A stretch of DNA of 57,548 nt, from IMG/VR virus record IMGVR_UViG_3300008107_000002; one strand, written 5' to 3'. Every line of letters begins with the position of its first letter. The first letter of the stretch is position 1. Position numbers and translations under genes: made by a program. This document shows, in pieces, positions 1 through 9,339 of this stretch. The stretch is from a virus. Its lineage: Duplodnaviria > Heunggongvirae > Uroviricota > Caudoviricetes. Below the pieces are notes generated by a model, which saw only the letters and a program-made list of their open reading frames with translations, was not told the origin of the DNA and made no database searches.

Positions 1-47
1 CGTTTAGGAGGTAGTAGGTTCTGTACCGTTGCTTGAATCAGATTCAT
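1..47 (-). CDS. 5' end of a gene running off the left edge (MNLIQATVQNLLPPKR...), possibly DNA primase
   Basis: ATG at 47 directly below a consensus sigma70 promoter. Only 15 codons are visible, so the primase call is a weak recollection of similar phage N-termini. Confidence 0.4.
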   Translation of the reverse strand, partial: MNLIQATVQNLLPPK

Positions 48-53
48 GCAACA

Positions 54-82
54 ATTTTAGCATCTATATAGAGCTTTGTCAA
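54..82 (-). promoter_or_regulatory. sigma70-type promoter TTGACA-17-TAAAAT with extended -10 TG
   Basis: Minus strand: TTGACA (82-77), 17-nt spacer, TAAAAT (59-54), then 6 nt to the ATG at 47. It lies inside the 3' end of the 57..896 gene. Confidence 0.75.
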
Positions 83-896
83 AAGTTCCGGAGTAAGTAG
101 TATTGCCGTTTTGTTGTGTAGTAGGATCTTTTGCCGGAATGTATTTGATTCGAACATTGGTAAAAAGCCCTGTAAAATTCACATAGTCAACACCTGTAAA
201 ATCATTATAAGTCTTTTGATCGATTACCGCATAGTTTCCAAAAAAGCCAGGGGTGTTTTCTAATGTCGCCTCGACAATTACTTGACCTTTAAATTTAGTC
301 ATGTATTTGGCAACAGTATGAAGGCCAGCTGAGGACTGGTTCAGGGGTCTTATATTTCCGCTGTACCATTCCCATTGTTGTTTGGACGGGTCCGGATTAT
401 ATGTTCTTAAAAAATCAACCACGTTAACGCTGGGTAACAATTTAGGATACACTTCTTCTTTAAGTTCTAGTATGCCTGCAACATCATAATAGGTATTAGA
501 ATATGCAGGAGAATAACTACCATCCGTTTCTTCTTTAACAATAGAAAAATTATAAGTTTTAGTATCAATAGTAATAGTATCTTTACTATCCAACACAACT
601 TCTGCCAATCCTTTAAGGGCATTAGTTGTAGTAGATGCATTGTCAAGTACTGTAATAGGTTTCTTAAGAACTAACTTTCTGTTTTCTTGATCAAAAACAT
701 TTAAATAAAACTGCTGTCCATTTATACTAACCTTTTTTTGATCAGAATTTTTGAACTGAATTTGAATAGTGTTTTTTACACCTTTCTGTACTTTAATAGG
801 GCGTTGATACATAATTTGATGTATTCCTCTGTTATTGTCCAGATCTAGTATAACTTCGAACAAATTGGAATATAAATAGACTGGTAAATTTTGCAT
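57..896 (-). CDS. conserved hypothetical protein, probably virion structural (beta-rich)
   Basis: 279-aa ORF with a TAAATA late promoter 5 nt upstream of the ATG. Confidence 0.6.
   Translation of the reverse strand: MQNLPVYLYSNLFEVILDLDNNRGIHQIMYQRPIKVQKGVKNTIQIQFKNSDQKKVSINGQQFYLNVFDQENRKLVLKKPITVLDNASTTTNALKGLAEVVLDSKDTITIDTKTYNFSIVKEETDGSYSPAYSNTYYDVAGILELKEEVYPKLLPSVNVVDFLRTYNPDPSKQQWEWYSGNIRPLNQSSAGLHTVAKYMTKFKGQVIVEATLENTPGFFGNYAVIDQKTYNDFTGVDYVNFTGLFTNVRIKYIPAKDPTTQQNGNTTYSGTFDKALYRC
871..878 (+). promoter_or_regulatory. T4-type late promoter TATAAATA, probably for 917..1303
   Basis: Perfect T4 late consensus upstream of a plus-strand ORF. Confidence 0.5.
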
Positions 897-901
897 ATCG
901 G

Positions 902-907
902 TATTTA
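902..907 (-). promoter_or_regulatory. late promoter TAAATA
   Basis: TAAATA-ccgat-ATG(896). Confidence 0.7.
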
Positions 908-916
908 TTATAAAGC

Positions 917-1303
917 ATGACTACAAGCGAGAGCTTCCAAGCAAACTATCCTTTTATGACCTGTCTCCGTTGTAACGACACGGAATATTTAGGTATTGTT
1001 ATCAATCACGATAATCAAGTAACAAGCATGTACGACTATGCTGTAATCAAATCTATTGGACTGCACAATCCCTTTTTAGAACTTGGAGATGTCTGGTGGT
1101 GGGAAAGTAATCGAAAGATTCCTATTAACATTTTTTTAAAAATAGATATGATTGATTTTAGACCGTTTATTAAAACATTTAACAGTAAAGACGTTGAGAT
1201 TCTCTTTGGACCCACTGTAAGCCTAGGAGAAATAGCAGAAAAACGTATTAAACGAAAATCAATACAGCTAGTAAGAAATCCTAAAAAATTTAGAGTTAAC
1301 TAA
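917..1303 (+). CDS. hypothetical protein
   Basis: 128-aa ORF filling the gap between two minus-strand genes; WWWESNR motif and basic C-terminus. Confidence 0.65.
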   Translation: MTTSESFQANYPFMTCLRCNDTEYLGIVINHDNQVTSMYDYAVIKSIGLHNPFLELGDVWWWESNRKIPINIFLKIDMIDFRPFIKTFNSKDVEILFGPTVSLGEIAEKRIKRKSIQLVRNPKKFRVN

Positions 1304-1877
1304 ATCCGTAGCTGATATTTTCACAGATTAAATTCATCTGTACAACAATGGCAACAGAATAGGCCATGGCATGAGCCTTTTTAAAATAATATTCTTCACC
1401 CGTTGGTTTCGTCCAAACTTCCGTCATCACCGTAGTCCAGTCTTTCCCAATCAGATAACGTTTCGCAGGTCTGATCATTGCTAGTACCGCTGCCAATTGC
1501 TCTATAGACTTTGGCTTGCTTTGTCTCAGAATAGACCCATGCCCATTCACATGGAACAGCAGTTGGGTAAAATCGTCTTGTTCTAGTAGATCCCATAATG
1601 GTTCAGTCTCCATAAGTTGAATAAGATGTGCTTCATCTTTAACGCCGCTATACATACCAACATTTAAAAAATCAATTTTAAAATATCCTCTTTGTTCTGC
1701 TTCTTTATATTCAATACTACTTAATCCAGTTAATGGATTGTACGGAATAGCAGTACAATATACTCCAGTATTGTGCTTTTTAAAAGTTCCGTCTTTATCT
1801 TGTATTGATGCAGGAATAGTCTTTATTAAATTAAGTGCATGTGATCTATCAGCAAAGTCGATGTCAATATCTGGCAT
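1296..1877 (-). CDS. miniature DNA polymerase III alpha (DnaE)-like catalytic core
   Basis: PDIDIDF, KHNTGV, GYFKIDFL, LAMIRP and FKKAHAMAY match the DnaE motifs PDxDxDF, HAAGV, KxDFLG, ALxRPG and FNKSHAxAY in order, within only 193 aa. Confidence 0.75.
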   Translation of the reverse strand: MPDIDIDFADRSHALNLIKTIPASIQDKDGTFKKHNTGVYCTAIPYNPLTGLSSIEYKEAEQRGYFKIDFLNVGMYSGVKDEAHLIQLMETEPLWDLLEQDDFTQLLFHVNGHGSILRQSKPKSIEQLAAVLAMIRPAKRYLIGKDWTTVMTEVWTKPTGEEYYFKKAHAMAYSVAIVVQMNLICENISYGFS

Positions 1878-2263
1878 TACAATTCTCCACTCTCTGCTAG
1901 TTTTAATATAAGACTATAATGCTCGTAGGCTTTCTTTACTGCTGGATATTTGTCTTTCAAATATTTTTCGTGTTCTTTTTGTTCCATTAGTGTTTCAAAC
2001 ATTCTGTAATGCCCTTGCTTCCTCATATTGTTAAACACTTCTGATTCAAAGTCTGCAATACGTTCTAATTCACTTTGTGCAATCTCTACAGTATACAAGG
2101 GTTCGCTGTCATTTACAATATCTACAAGGGAGACTTTATTAAAATCCATAGGATCTCTAAAATACTGCATGTTAATTCTTTGATAACGATGTGCTCTTTT
2201 ATTTGTATCAAGAACTCGGATTCGATGTTGCTCGCAGAACTGTCTTATATTTTCTTGACTCAT
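1877..2263 (-). CDS. hypothetical protein
   Basis: 128-aa ORF with start/stop overlaps to both neighbours. Confidence 0.65.
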   Translation of the reverse strand: MSQENIRQFCEQHRIRVLDTNKRAHRYQRINMQYFRDPMDFNKVSLVDIVNDSEPLYTVEIAQSELERIADFESEVFNNMRKQGHYRMFETLMEQKEHEKYLKDKYPAVKKAYEHYSLILKLAESGEL

Positions 2264-2955
2264 TCTATTCCCGCCTCATCACATATTTCTTTTACTAAAA
2301 TAATATCAGCAGGAACCTGTTTGAATTTTTTAAGCCAAAACGGTAAATCAAATGCCGGTGCAATTAAATCCAATTGTTCATTGCTAAAATTATTTAACAT
2401 CTTTTTACCTGATGCACAATTGAGTAATAACCAAGGACTGATTTTTCCGTTTCTTATATCGTGTACTGCTCGATTTAAATTTACATAATTGAAATAATGA
2501 TTAAACTGTGCTTGACTTACATCGCCCCATTCCATCATTGTTTGCAAAGATCTTTGTACTGCACTTTCAACTGGTTCAGTTTTTATCATCTCATAAAGAT
2601 AAGTCTCATACAGTTCGTCTCTGCACCATTGGTCTAGTTTAACACCGCTTTTAATAACATAGTCCATGAACTTATCAGGATATATGGGCATGACATTATT
2701 AATAAAAGATCCAAACTTAACAAACGCATTATAGTAAGGGCTCTTTATAAAATCATCATAGGTCTTGTCTTTTTTAGCACCTTGAGTGAGTCTAAAGAAT
2801 CTATTAAAGGCCATCATGCCTGCCTGAACACGCTTTTCATCTTTCTGCATTGCTCGTCTTTTGTTTTCACACATGTGAGCATACAAGGTCTTTTCTTTCA
2901 TAAAGGCCTTGTTACAATGGACGCAGTTAAATGGTTGTTCGGCCAATTGTATCAT
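2260..2955 (-). CDS. conserved hypothetical protein with N-terminal zinc finger
   Basis: CVHC-x12-HMC (C2HC zinc-finger-like); ATGA coupling. Confidence 0.7.
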   Translation of the reverse strand: MIQLAEQPFNCVHCNKAFMKEKTLYAHMCENKRRAMQKDEKRVQAGMMAFNRFFRLTQGAKKDKTYDDFIKSPYYNAFVKFGSFINNVMPIYPDKFMDYVIKSGVKLDQWCRDELYETYLYEMIKTEPVESAVQRSLQTMMEWGDVSQAQFNHYFNYVNLNRAVHDIRNGKISPWLLLNCASGKKMLNNFSNEQLDLIAPAFDLPFWLKKFKQVPADIILVKEICDEAGIE

Positions 2956-3239
2956 TCTACAGATTCGTAAGTGGCTTCAAAAATATCCGGCTTGCAAGCA
3001 TAAAATTCCCCTTGCACTCCTTTAATAATCCAATCGCCCTCTGTGGCGATATGTTGTACTTTTAAATGTACTCCATCTTCTAACGTACCGATTTCTGCTT
3101 CACCTAATGCTGTAGGGTGTCGAGCTTTTTTAATAGTACCTAACGCACTGCCACAGAATTCTTTAATGTTAGCAATACCTTCAGTTGAGTATATAAATTG
3201 AACTGCTTCAATCACTACTGGTTTTTTACGGAATTTCAT
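2952..3239 (-). CDS. small conserved phage protein (KFRKKPVVIEA...GDWIIKGVQGEFYACKPDIF family)
   Basis: Widespread phage motif pattern; ATGA overlaps. Confidence 0.75.
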   Translation of the reverse strand: MKFRKKPVVIEAVQFIYSTEGIANIKEFCGSALGTIKKARHPTALGEAEIGTLEDGVHLKVQHIATEGDWIIKGVQGEFYACKPDIFEATYESVE

Positions 3240-3694
3240 TCATACTCCTTACGCTGTTTTTTATCAAAGCCCATACTGTCAAACAATTCTTCCTTGTCTG
3301 TTTTATCCATTAAAGATGCCCATACACGAATATCATCTATCTTCATGGCAGGATGTAACTCTGCTAATAATTTTTCTATCTTAACCGCCTTGGTCTTTTT
3401 TCCAGCGGCAATGTACGGATGATAAGCTGATACACCAACACCTATTGATGCAAATAATTTCCATAATAAGGGTTTATGATCCTTACTTAATAACCAATGA
3501 TTTTTATTAATTAATTCATTAGTCATTTCTAGGAAATGTTCTTGTACATCTCTGTCCCCTTGAACACTTGCGGCATATCTCATAAGAATAAACGGACTAA
3601 ACTCTTTCTTTTCTTCCGGAGTTAAATTATCATAAAAATTATAATCTTTATGATCAATTGCATACAGTTCTCGTTTTATATCAAGTTTCGCCAT
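3236..3694 (-). CDS. putative clamp loader small subunit (gp62-like)
   Basis: 152 aa with FSPFILMRY...NELINK resembling gp62-type proteins; replication context. Confidence 0.4.
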   Translation of the reverse strand: MAKLDIKRELYAIDHKDYNFYDNLTPEEKKEFSPFILMRYAASVQGDRDVQEHFLEMTNELINKNHWLLSKDHKPLLWKLFASIGVGVSAYHPYIAAGKKTKAVKIEKLLAELHPAMKIDDIRVWASLMDKTDKEELFDSMGFDKKQRKEYE

Positions 3695-3992
3695 TGTTAG
3701 GTTTTAATCCGTTGCTGTGTCTATCAGTTGTTTTATCTAAATCTTGGAACAGTCGTTTTTCCTGTTGTGTTAACTTGTCCTTATGCGTTTTACGTGGATT
3801 ACCACATAGGTAACATTCAGGGTTACCACAGTCCATGGCATGCCTTTTATTAAAGCGATGGGGCTGTTTAACAGCGCTAGGATTGTACTCACTAACTCGA
3901 TGTTCTTTGGCTATCTTTGTTTGTTTTTTAATTGCAGTTTCGTCTGCATGAAGCCGTTTACTGTGATTGAATTTGTCCTGCTCGTGACTCAT
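3681..3992 (-). CDS. small basic Cys/His protein
   Basis: Likely start MSHEQ at 3992; HAMDCGNPECYLCGNPRK suggests a metal-binding motif. Confidence 0.6.
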   Translation of the reverse strand: MSHEQDKFNHSKRLHADETAIKKQTKIAKEHRVSEYNPSAVKQPHRFNKRHAMDCGNPECYLCGNPRKTHKDKLTQQEKRLFQDLDKTTDRHSNGLKPNNGET

Positions 3993-4146
3993 TTTCTGCC
4001 CTTTCAATAAGCTCTCGAAGAATACTTTCAACTAATTGATTAAGAGTTACATCTTTTTCATGCGCCCTTAACATAAGCTGAAACAACTCTTCTTTCGGCA
4101 AGTCAATTGGTACTGATTCACGACCATCTAAAATTTCTTCATCCAT
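3958..4146 (-). CDS. small ribbon-helix-helix-like DNA-binding protein
   Basis: VPIDLPKEELFQLMLRAHEKDVTLNQLVESILR fits the strand-helix-helix pattern; GGAG RBS upstream. Confidence 0.5.
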   Translation of the reverse strand: MDEEILDGRESVPIDLPKEELFQLMLRAHEKDVTLNQLVESILRELIERAENESRAGQIQSQ

Positions 4147-4393
4147 TTGCTGTCTCCTTGGTCAAGTAATACAACAGTTTAACACGATCAATTGCCTGTT
4201 GTAAAGTATGATTTTCTCCGCCGGCATCTAATATATCAATCCATAAGTCCATATTATGTTTGATGTCTAACGGATCTCTGCGTTTAGGTAAATTATAACC
4301 AATTACAAATCGTTCGCCGTCTTGATAATACCCGTAGGTAGTGTTGCCTTCGGTTGAATATGTAATCTGCTCGTTTGGTCTTAAATTTCCCAT
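4139..4393 (-). CDS. hypothetical protein
   Basis: Likely start MGNLRP at 4393, right after the upstream stop. Confidence 0.6.
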   Translation of the reverse strand: MGNLRPNEQITYSTEGNTTYGYYQDGERFVIGYNLPKRRDPLDIKHNMDLWIDILDAGGENHTLQQAIDRVKLLYYLTKETANG

Positions 4394-4394
4394 T

Positions 4395-4898
4395 TTACCA
4401 ACATTTGGTATAATCAACAATTTCACATTGACGACTTACTTCTTTAACAAAATAAGCACACAGAGGTTTTTCTCCCCCTTCTAATGGTGTACATAAAAGT
4501 TGTCCTGGTTTCATTTTAGGAAAATACCATTTTACATCTTGATATACATTTATAATATCAATGTCGTGAAACTCTGGTCGGAATCCACTTAATGGATTAA
4601 AACAAAAAGTTCTAAAACCTCTGTCATTAAGACTGGTAATCGGTAATACTTCCATATCTGGACCTTCTGGATCTCCAACGATAGTACACCAATCTAATGG
4701 CATTGTAAGTTCGTGTTTTCCTATTCGTAATACGACTGCTGGACCTGTAAAACTTTCTAAAAAAATCAATGGGATATAGAAGTAGTCTGGATTTTGATTG
4801 TCACTATTATCTAGTACCGCGAACCTTACATCGTCTTCAATTTCTTCTGGAAGATCGTTGAGATAGAACGTCTTGTTATCTAACGTTAAAATTTGCAT
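4395..4898 (-). CDS. conserved hypothetical beta-rich protein downstream of UvsW
   Basis: 167-aa ORF starting 2 nt after the helicase stop. Confidence 0.65.
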   Translation of the reverse strand: MQILTLDNKTFYLNDLPEEIEDDVRFAVLDNSDNQNPDYFYIPLIFLESFTGPAVVLRIGKHELTMPLDWCTIVGDPEGPDMEVLPITSLNDRGFRTFCFNPLSGFRPEFHDIDIINVYQDVKWYFPKMKPGQLLCTPLEGGEKPLCAYFVKEVSRQCEIVDYTKCW

Positions 4899-4900
4899 TA

Positions 4901-6352
4901 TTAATATTTTACCTTTTCTATTGTAAACGGATACTGTGCTTCTTTGTAGAATTTTTTTCTTTCCGTTAAGTGTTTTTTAGCATATTTTGTTGATGCTGTC
5001 AAGTCCCAAATTTGGACGAAGTCTTTGTCCTCGGCTTTCCTAATACCTCTTCCAATAGATTGTATAACCCTTGTAAAGCTCTTTCCGGGTTCCAGAAGAA
5101 CCAGATTAAAGATCCTAGGAATATTAATACCCACAGCGGCCACACCATAAGTCGCCACAATAGTCTTATTGTCACTTGTTTTAATTTCGTCATACTCGTC
5201 TTTTCTATCTTTAGTTTTTACTTTGCCTGAAATAAACACTCTATCCTGATGACCTTCGATAAGAAAATTACCAGACTCAATCCGGTCAACTAACACTAAT
5301 GTATTGCCAGTTAATGCAATTTCTGTAATTAAACTAGATATCCATTCCATACGTGTAGAATCAGTAACCAAATATTTTAATTCTTCGGGGTAACTTGAAA
5401 ATTCTTTCCATTCGGCTGTCTGTATAACATTAACATGACACTGACTTAAGATTCCTTTTTCTTGTAACTCATTTGCAGTTACTCTACCAACTACTTCGCC
5501 AAGACTTGCACGTAAACTCTGAAACTCAAAATCAGCTTTTGGAACAGTCCCAGTTAATCCCCAACGTATAGGTGCGTTTGAAAGATTATGAGTAAGCAAC
5601 GTTTTTAAGACTTCCGCTTTAGCCATATGAACTTCGTCAACAATGACACAATTTACTCCGTCAAGAAATTCAGCTAGACTTAACAGTTCTTCGTCATTTT
5701 TGGATTTTTTGTCTAAAATATTGAGACTTTGCCAAGTTGCAATAGTGTGTGTTTTTCCTATGTCTTTTCTATCGCCGTAATAAACACCAACGTCTAATCC
5801 AACATTGATAAAATCTTCTTCTGTTTGTTCAACTAAACTTTTGTTAGGAACAATAACAATACTTCGGCCATATTTTTCCACAATTTTTGCCAAAGTTGCG
5901 GTCATAATAGTTTTACCTGCGCCAGTTGCAACTTCTTGCAATGCTTGCGGATTCTTTAGAAAATTATTAACAACTTCAACTTGATCGTCTCTCAAACGAA
6001 TAGGCTGGTCTTCAAACCTATGGCCTTTGGGCCAGCATTTTTCACCCCAAAAATCCTCAGAAATTTCAGAAAATTCCAAGGCTGGTGCAGTCCTACGATC
6101 TTCGTATTCGATGTGATAGTTTCGATTGGCTAAAATTTCTAGGACCTGCTCTAACATACTGAGGTAGGTTGTTCCTCCTAGACCAAAATATGAAACAGTA
6201 CCGTCCCATCTCCCTAATTTATAGGCAGGACGATACCTTGCAGTGGGGTCTTCGTACTTAAATTTCTTGACCAGCGCCTTACGTGTGTCAAGATCTAAAT
6301 TTTCTATCTTAACGTTAACTTCGTCTTTAATAATAATTTTACAGGACGGCAA
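4901..6352 (-). CDS. uvsW: UvsW-like superfamily 2 DNA helicase
   Basis: ATGAGKT (Walker A), DEVH, GLTGT and QSIGRGIR; sits in the uvsX/uvsY cluster. Confidence 0.88.
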   Translation of the reverse strand: MPSCKIIIKDEVNVKIENLDLDTRKALVKKFKYEDPTARYRPAYKLGRWDGTVSYFGLGGTTYLSMLEQVLEILANRNYHIEYEDRRTAPALEFSEISEDFWGEKCWPKGHRFEDQPIRLRDDQVEVVNNFLKNPQALQEVATGAGKTIMTATLAKIVEKYGRSIVIVPNKSLVEQTEEDFINVGLDVGVYYGDRKDIGKTHTIATWQSLNILDKKSKNDEELLSLAEFLDGVNCVIVDEVHMAKAEVLKTLLTHNLSNAPIRWGLTGTVPKADFEFQSLRASLGEVVGRVTANELQEKGILSQCHVNVIQTAEWKEFSSYPEELKYLVTDSTRMEWISSLITEIALTGNTLVLVDRIESGNFLIEGHQDRVFISGKVKTKDRKDEYDEIKTSDNKTIVATYGVAAVGINIPRIFNLVLLEPGKSFTRVIQSIGRGIRKAEDKDFVQIWDLTASTKYAKKHLTERKKFYKEAQYPFTIEKVKY

Positions 6353-7556
6353 AGTCTGATTCCTTAATTTTATAATTTACGACAAAATGGTGATTTTTTA
6401 GGTAATTTGACAATGTATAATGAACACCACTTAAACCAAAATTAAGAACTGACAAAACTTCAATCTTCGATTCGATTAATGGCTTGGGTATTCTACCCGA
6501 AACAAAGAAAAATTTAATTTTTTCAGAAATAGGATTGTTAACCTTTGAATCTTTAATGATTTCATTGGCTGTTTTTCCTGTATGACCATCTAATCTAAAT
6601 AACACACTCATCTCTTCAGTTGATACACCGTATTTCATTAGAGTTCTAATGCAATATCTCAAATATTTTAACTCCATTCCCCCGGGGATTACAATCAACG
6701 TGGGAGAATTATAGCCTAGTGTGTTTAAAAGATCACTAAATTCAACTTCTTTCCCATCAATTTCGATATCTTTACCAAACGGTGTAGTAATACATTTTTT
6801 TGTAACTGGAGTAATATCAATATTATCTAAAACTTCTCCAATTTCGTCGGCCCACAAATTTATTCCGTATTTTTTAGCCTGCATTAATACTTCTACTACA
6901 TCAAGGCTATCAGGTTGCGGAACATTTTTAGGAACATTAGTAAAAATAAATTTATTTTCTTCAAAATTTACCATAGGTACATATTTTTCAATTGATTGTT
7001 CAATTTCACGTACCTGGGCCAACAAATCTAAAAATTTTTCATCTGTATGAAATGAGGAATTCATAAGATTTGAAGCTACCCATGCAATATGTTCCTCACG
7101 TAAATTAAAATCCCATGATTTTAAGTCAGGATTCCAGTTTACAGTTTGATTGTTAGAGGACTCTTTACTAAAGGATTCTTTGTACCCACGTATTAGCTGT
7201 ATTAATCCGTCATCATAGGGAAAACTTACAGAAATTACCTGTTGATTAATGAATTCTTTCTTCCTTATGGTAATTGTTCTATTATTCGATAATACACGAA
7301 TAGGTAGTTTATACTGGGGATTATCAATAGAGTCAGAAATGTTAGTTTTTAAGGCAGAATTGAGAGAATTTTGGTATTTTTTGATTAGTTTTAATGCCAA
7401 ACTGGCCTGTTTTTCAGTAAAACCGTAACCAGTCACAGTTTGCATAGATAGACTATGTACTATGCTTGAGTCTAGATGATGCAGAGGTATAACAGGCTCA
7501 GTAAAGAGCCATTGTCCGTCACCTGCTAGTCGTTGAATAAGGTCTTCTATAAACAT
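6339..7556 (-). CDS. hypothetical protein
   Basis: 405-aa ORF between uvsY and uvsW. Confidence 0.7.
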   Translation of the reverse strand: MFIEDLIQRLAGDGQWLFTEPVIPLHHLDSSIVHSLSMQTVTGYGFTEKQASLALKLIKKYQNSLNSALKTNISDSIDNPQYKLPIRVLSNNRTITIRKKEFINQQVISVSFPYDDGLIQLIRGYKESFSKESSNNQTVNWNPDLKSWDFNLREEHIAWVASNLMNSSFHTDEKFLDLLAQVREIEQSIEKYVPMVNFEENKFIFTNVPKNVPQPDSLDVVEVLMQAKKYGINLWADEIGEVLDNIDITPVTKKCITTPFGKDIEIDGKEVEFSDLLNTLGYNSPTLIVIPGGMELKYLRYCIRTLMKYGVSTEEMSVLFRLDGHTGKTANEIIKDSKVNNPISEKIKFFFVSGRIPKPLIESKIEVLSVLNFGLSGVHYTLSNYLKNHHFVVNYKIKESDFAVL

Positions 7557-7565
7557 AACAATCCA

Positions 7566-8024
7566 TTAAAGTGATGCGTCCTCTAGGCCCGCAGTTCTTA
7601 ACTTTATAATATTACTCAATTGCCATTGTTTGATGTCTAAACCTTTAATAACTCCTAACCACTGATTTCTTAATAGCGCAAATTCGTTGATAATTTTTTC
7701 CATATCAACTACATCAGGTTCTCCATCGACGTATTTTTCAACATCTCTGGAACTTAACGCTCTCTGATAGTTTTCTAGGTATTTCTTAAAGCATTTTGAC
7801 CTCAAACGTCGAAGTTCAATGTTAAGGTATTCAAGGATAGCTTCAATTTCTTGAAGATTATTGAAACGTTGTTCAACTACACCAGGCAAAGCAGAACTGG
7901 CTTTTTCTATGTTACCATAGATTTTAACTTCAGCTCTGGCTTGCCCTAGTTCGGCATAGAAATAGTCAATACAAGCAGGCAAAAATGAAATATCTTTGCT
8001 AACCTTGGCATACCATTGTGACAC
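7566..8024 (-). CDS. uvsY: UvsY-like recombination mediator
   Basis: Helical 152-aa protein with DVEKYVDGE...KGLDIKQWQLSNIIKLRTAG, resembling the T4 UvsY C-terminus; near uvsX. Confidence 0.75.
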   Translation of the reverse strand: MSQWYAKVSKDISFLPACIDYFYAELGQARAEVKIYGNIEKASSALPGVVEQRFNNLQEIEAILEYLNIELRRLRSKCFKKYLENYQRALSSRDVEKYVDGEPDVVDMEKIINEFALLRNQWLGVIKGLDIKQWQLSNIIKLRTAGLEDASL

Positions 8025-8026
8025 AA

Positions 8027-8272
8027 TTACTCCTCATCTTCGTAGTAATCGTCATCTTCAGTATCTTCGTCCAATTCCTTGAATTCTTCGACTATGGTTT
8101 TAATTGCATCATCAAGATATGGATCGTAGCCCATGAATCCTTCGAGGGATTCCGCGCTAATATCTTTACCCAGCAAGAAATCGACATATTGATTAGCTGC
8201 CATTTCTTTGTGCTTGTCTGGGATATATTCACGAAATGTATCCCATACTTCCATTACTAAACTTTCATCCAT
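8027..8272 (-). CDS. small acidic hypothetical protein
   Basis: Likely start MDESL at 8272; very acidic C-terminal tail. Confidence 0.65.
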   Translation of the reverse strand: MDESLVMEVWDTFREYIPDKHKEMAANQYVDFLLGKDISAESLEGFMGYDPYLDDAIKTIVEEFKELDEDTEDDDYYEDEE

Positions 8273-9326
8273 TAGCTTCCTCCGATTCGTCAATGGTTGT
8301 GATCGCTGGTACAGAACTACTGTCCCACTCGTTCATAATTAACTTTAATTTATCTTCAGTCCAGTTTTTTCTGAACTCTGCAATAATTTCGCCACTATCT
8401 TTACTAGTATAGGCTAATTTATTTCCGACTTTAGATAATACACCCATTTTCTCGAACATGTCAACTAAACCGGAGCTCGGAGCCATACCTGTTGAATATG
8501 GAATTTCAACTTGTACACTTTCAAATGGTTTAGCATAACGTGTCTTCATGATTTTACATGCAGAACGAATACCTAGAACATCTGTTACCTTGTTACCGTT
8601 TTCATCTGTCTTAAGTTTAAGTTTACGCATTGCAACAACAATTGAACTTGCGTAAATGAAGCCTTGACCGCCTGAAATTTTGTCATCTGGATCAAACATA
8701 TCCTGGCTTGCGTATGTGTGATTTGTACAGACCATACCTACGTTGTAAGAGCCGAACATATTCACACAGTTGCGAACAAGTGATGTAAGTGCTTTAGGTT
8801 TACGACCCATGTCACCTTTCATTTCACCTGCTTCGAACTGATTAACGTCAGTTGGAGTAAGCAACATGCCAAGTGAATCGATTACAAACAATACTTTAGG
8901 ACGTTCTTCCTGCGGCATTGATTTATATTCTTTCATGAATTCTGAAATGGTTTTTGCCACGTCGTCGATCATAGCCATGTTAAGTTTCAAAAGTTTTTCT
9001 TCTGAAATATCAACACCTAATGCTTCAAGCCATGCCTTATCAAGGGCGTTTTCGCTGTCAACTAGTACAACAAAAATTCCTTGTTCTTGTGCGGCTTTAA
9101 TAATGTTACCGGAACAGATATATGATTTACCTGCACCAGATTCTCCAGCAAATACCGTTACCTTACCAAGGGGAACTCCCTTAAAGAAGTCCCCTGAGAT
9201 AAGATAGTTAAGGGCATAGTTGCCAGTGCTGATCCAGTCTGTTGGATCATTGAAACCAATTCCCAAGCCATCAATACTTTTAGTGATAGACTTGCGGAAC
9301 TTCGAAATATCGAAGGCCTTTCCCAT
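8265..9326 (-). CDS. uvsX: UvsX/RecA-like recombinase
   Basis: GESGAGKS P-loop, DSENALD, VIDSLG, TNHTY and SGG motifs; GGAG RBS. Confidence 0.92.
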   Translation of the reverse strand: MGKAFDISKFRKSITKSIDGLGIGFNDPTDWISTGNYALNYLISGDFFKGVPLGKVTVFAGESGAGKSYICSGNIIKAAQEQGIFVVLVDSENALDKAWLEALGVDISEEKLLKLNMAMIDDVAKTISEFMKEYKSMPQEERPKVLFVIDSLGMLLTPTDVNQFEAGEMKGDMGRKPKALTSLVRNCVNMFGSYNVGMVCTNHTYASQDMFDPDDKISGGQGFIYASSIVVAMRKLKLKTDENGNKVTDVLGIRSACKIMKTRYAKPFESVQVEIPYSTGMAPSSGLVDMFEKMGVLSKVGNKLAYTSKDSGEIIAEFRKNWTEDKLKLIMNEWDSSSVPAITTIDESEEANG

Positions 9327-9339
9327 GTCTATCTCCTAA

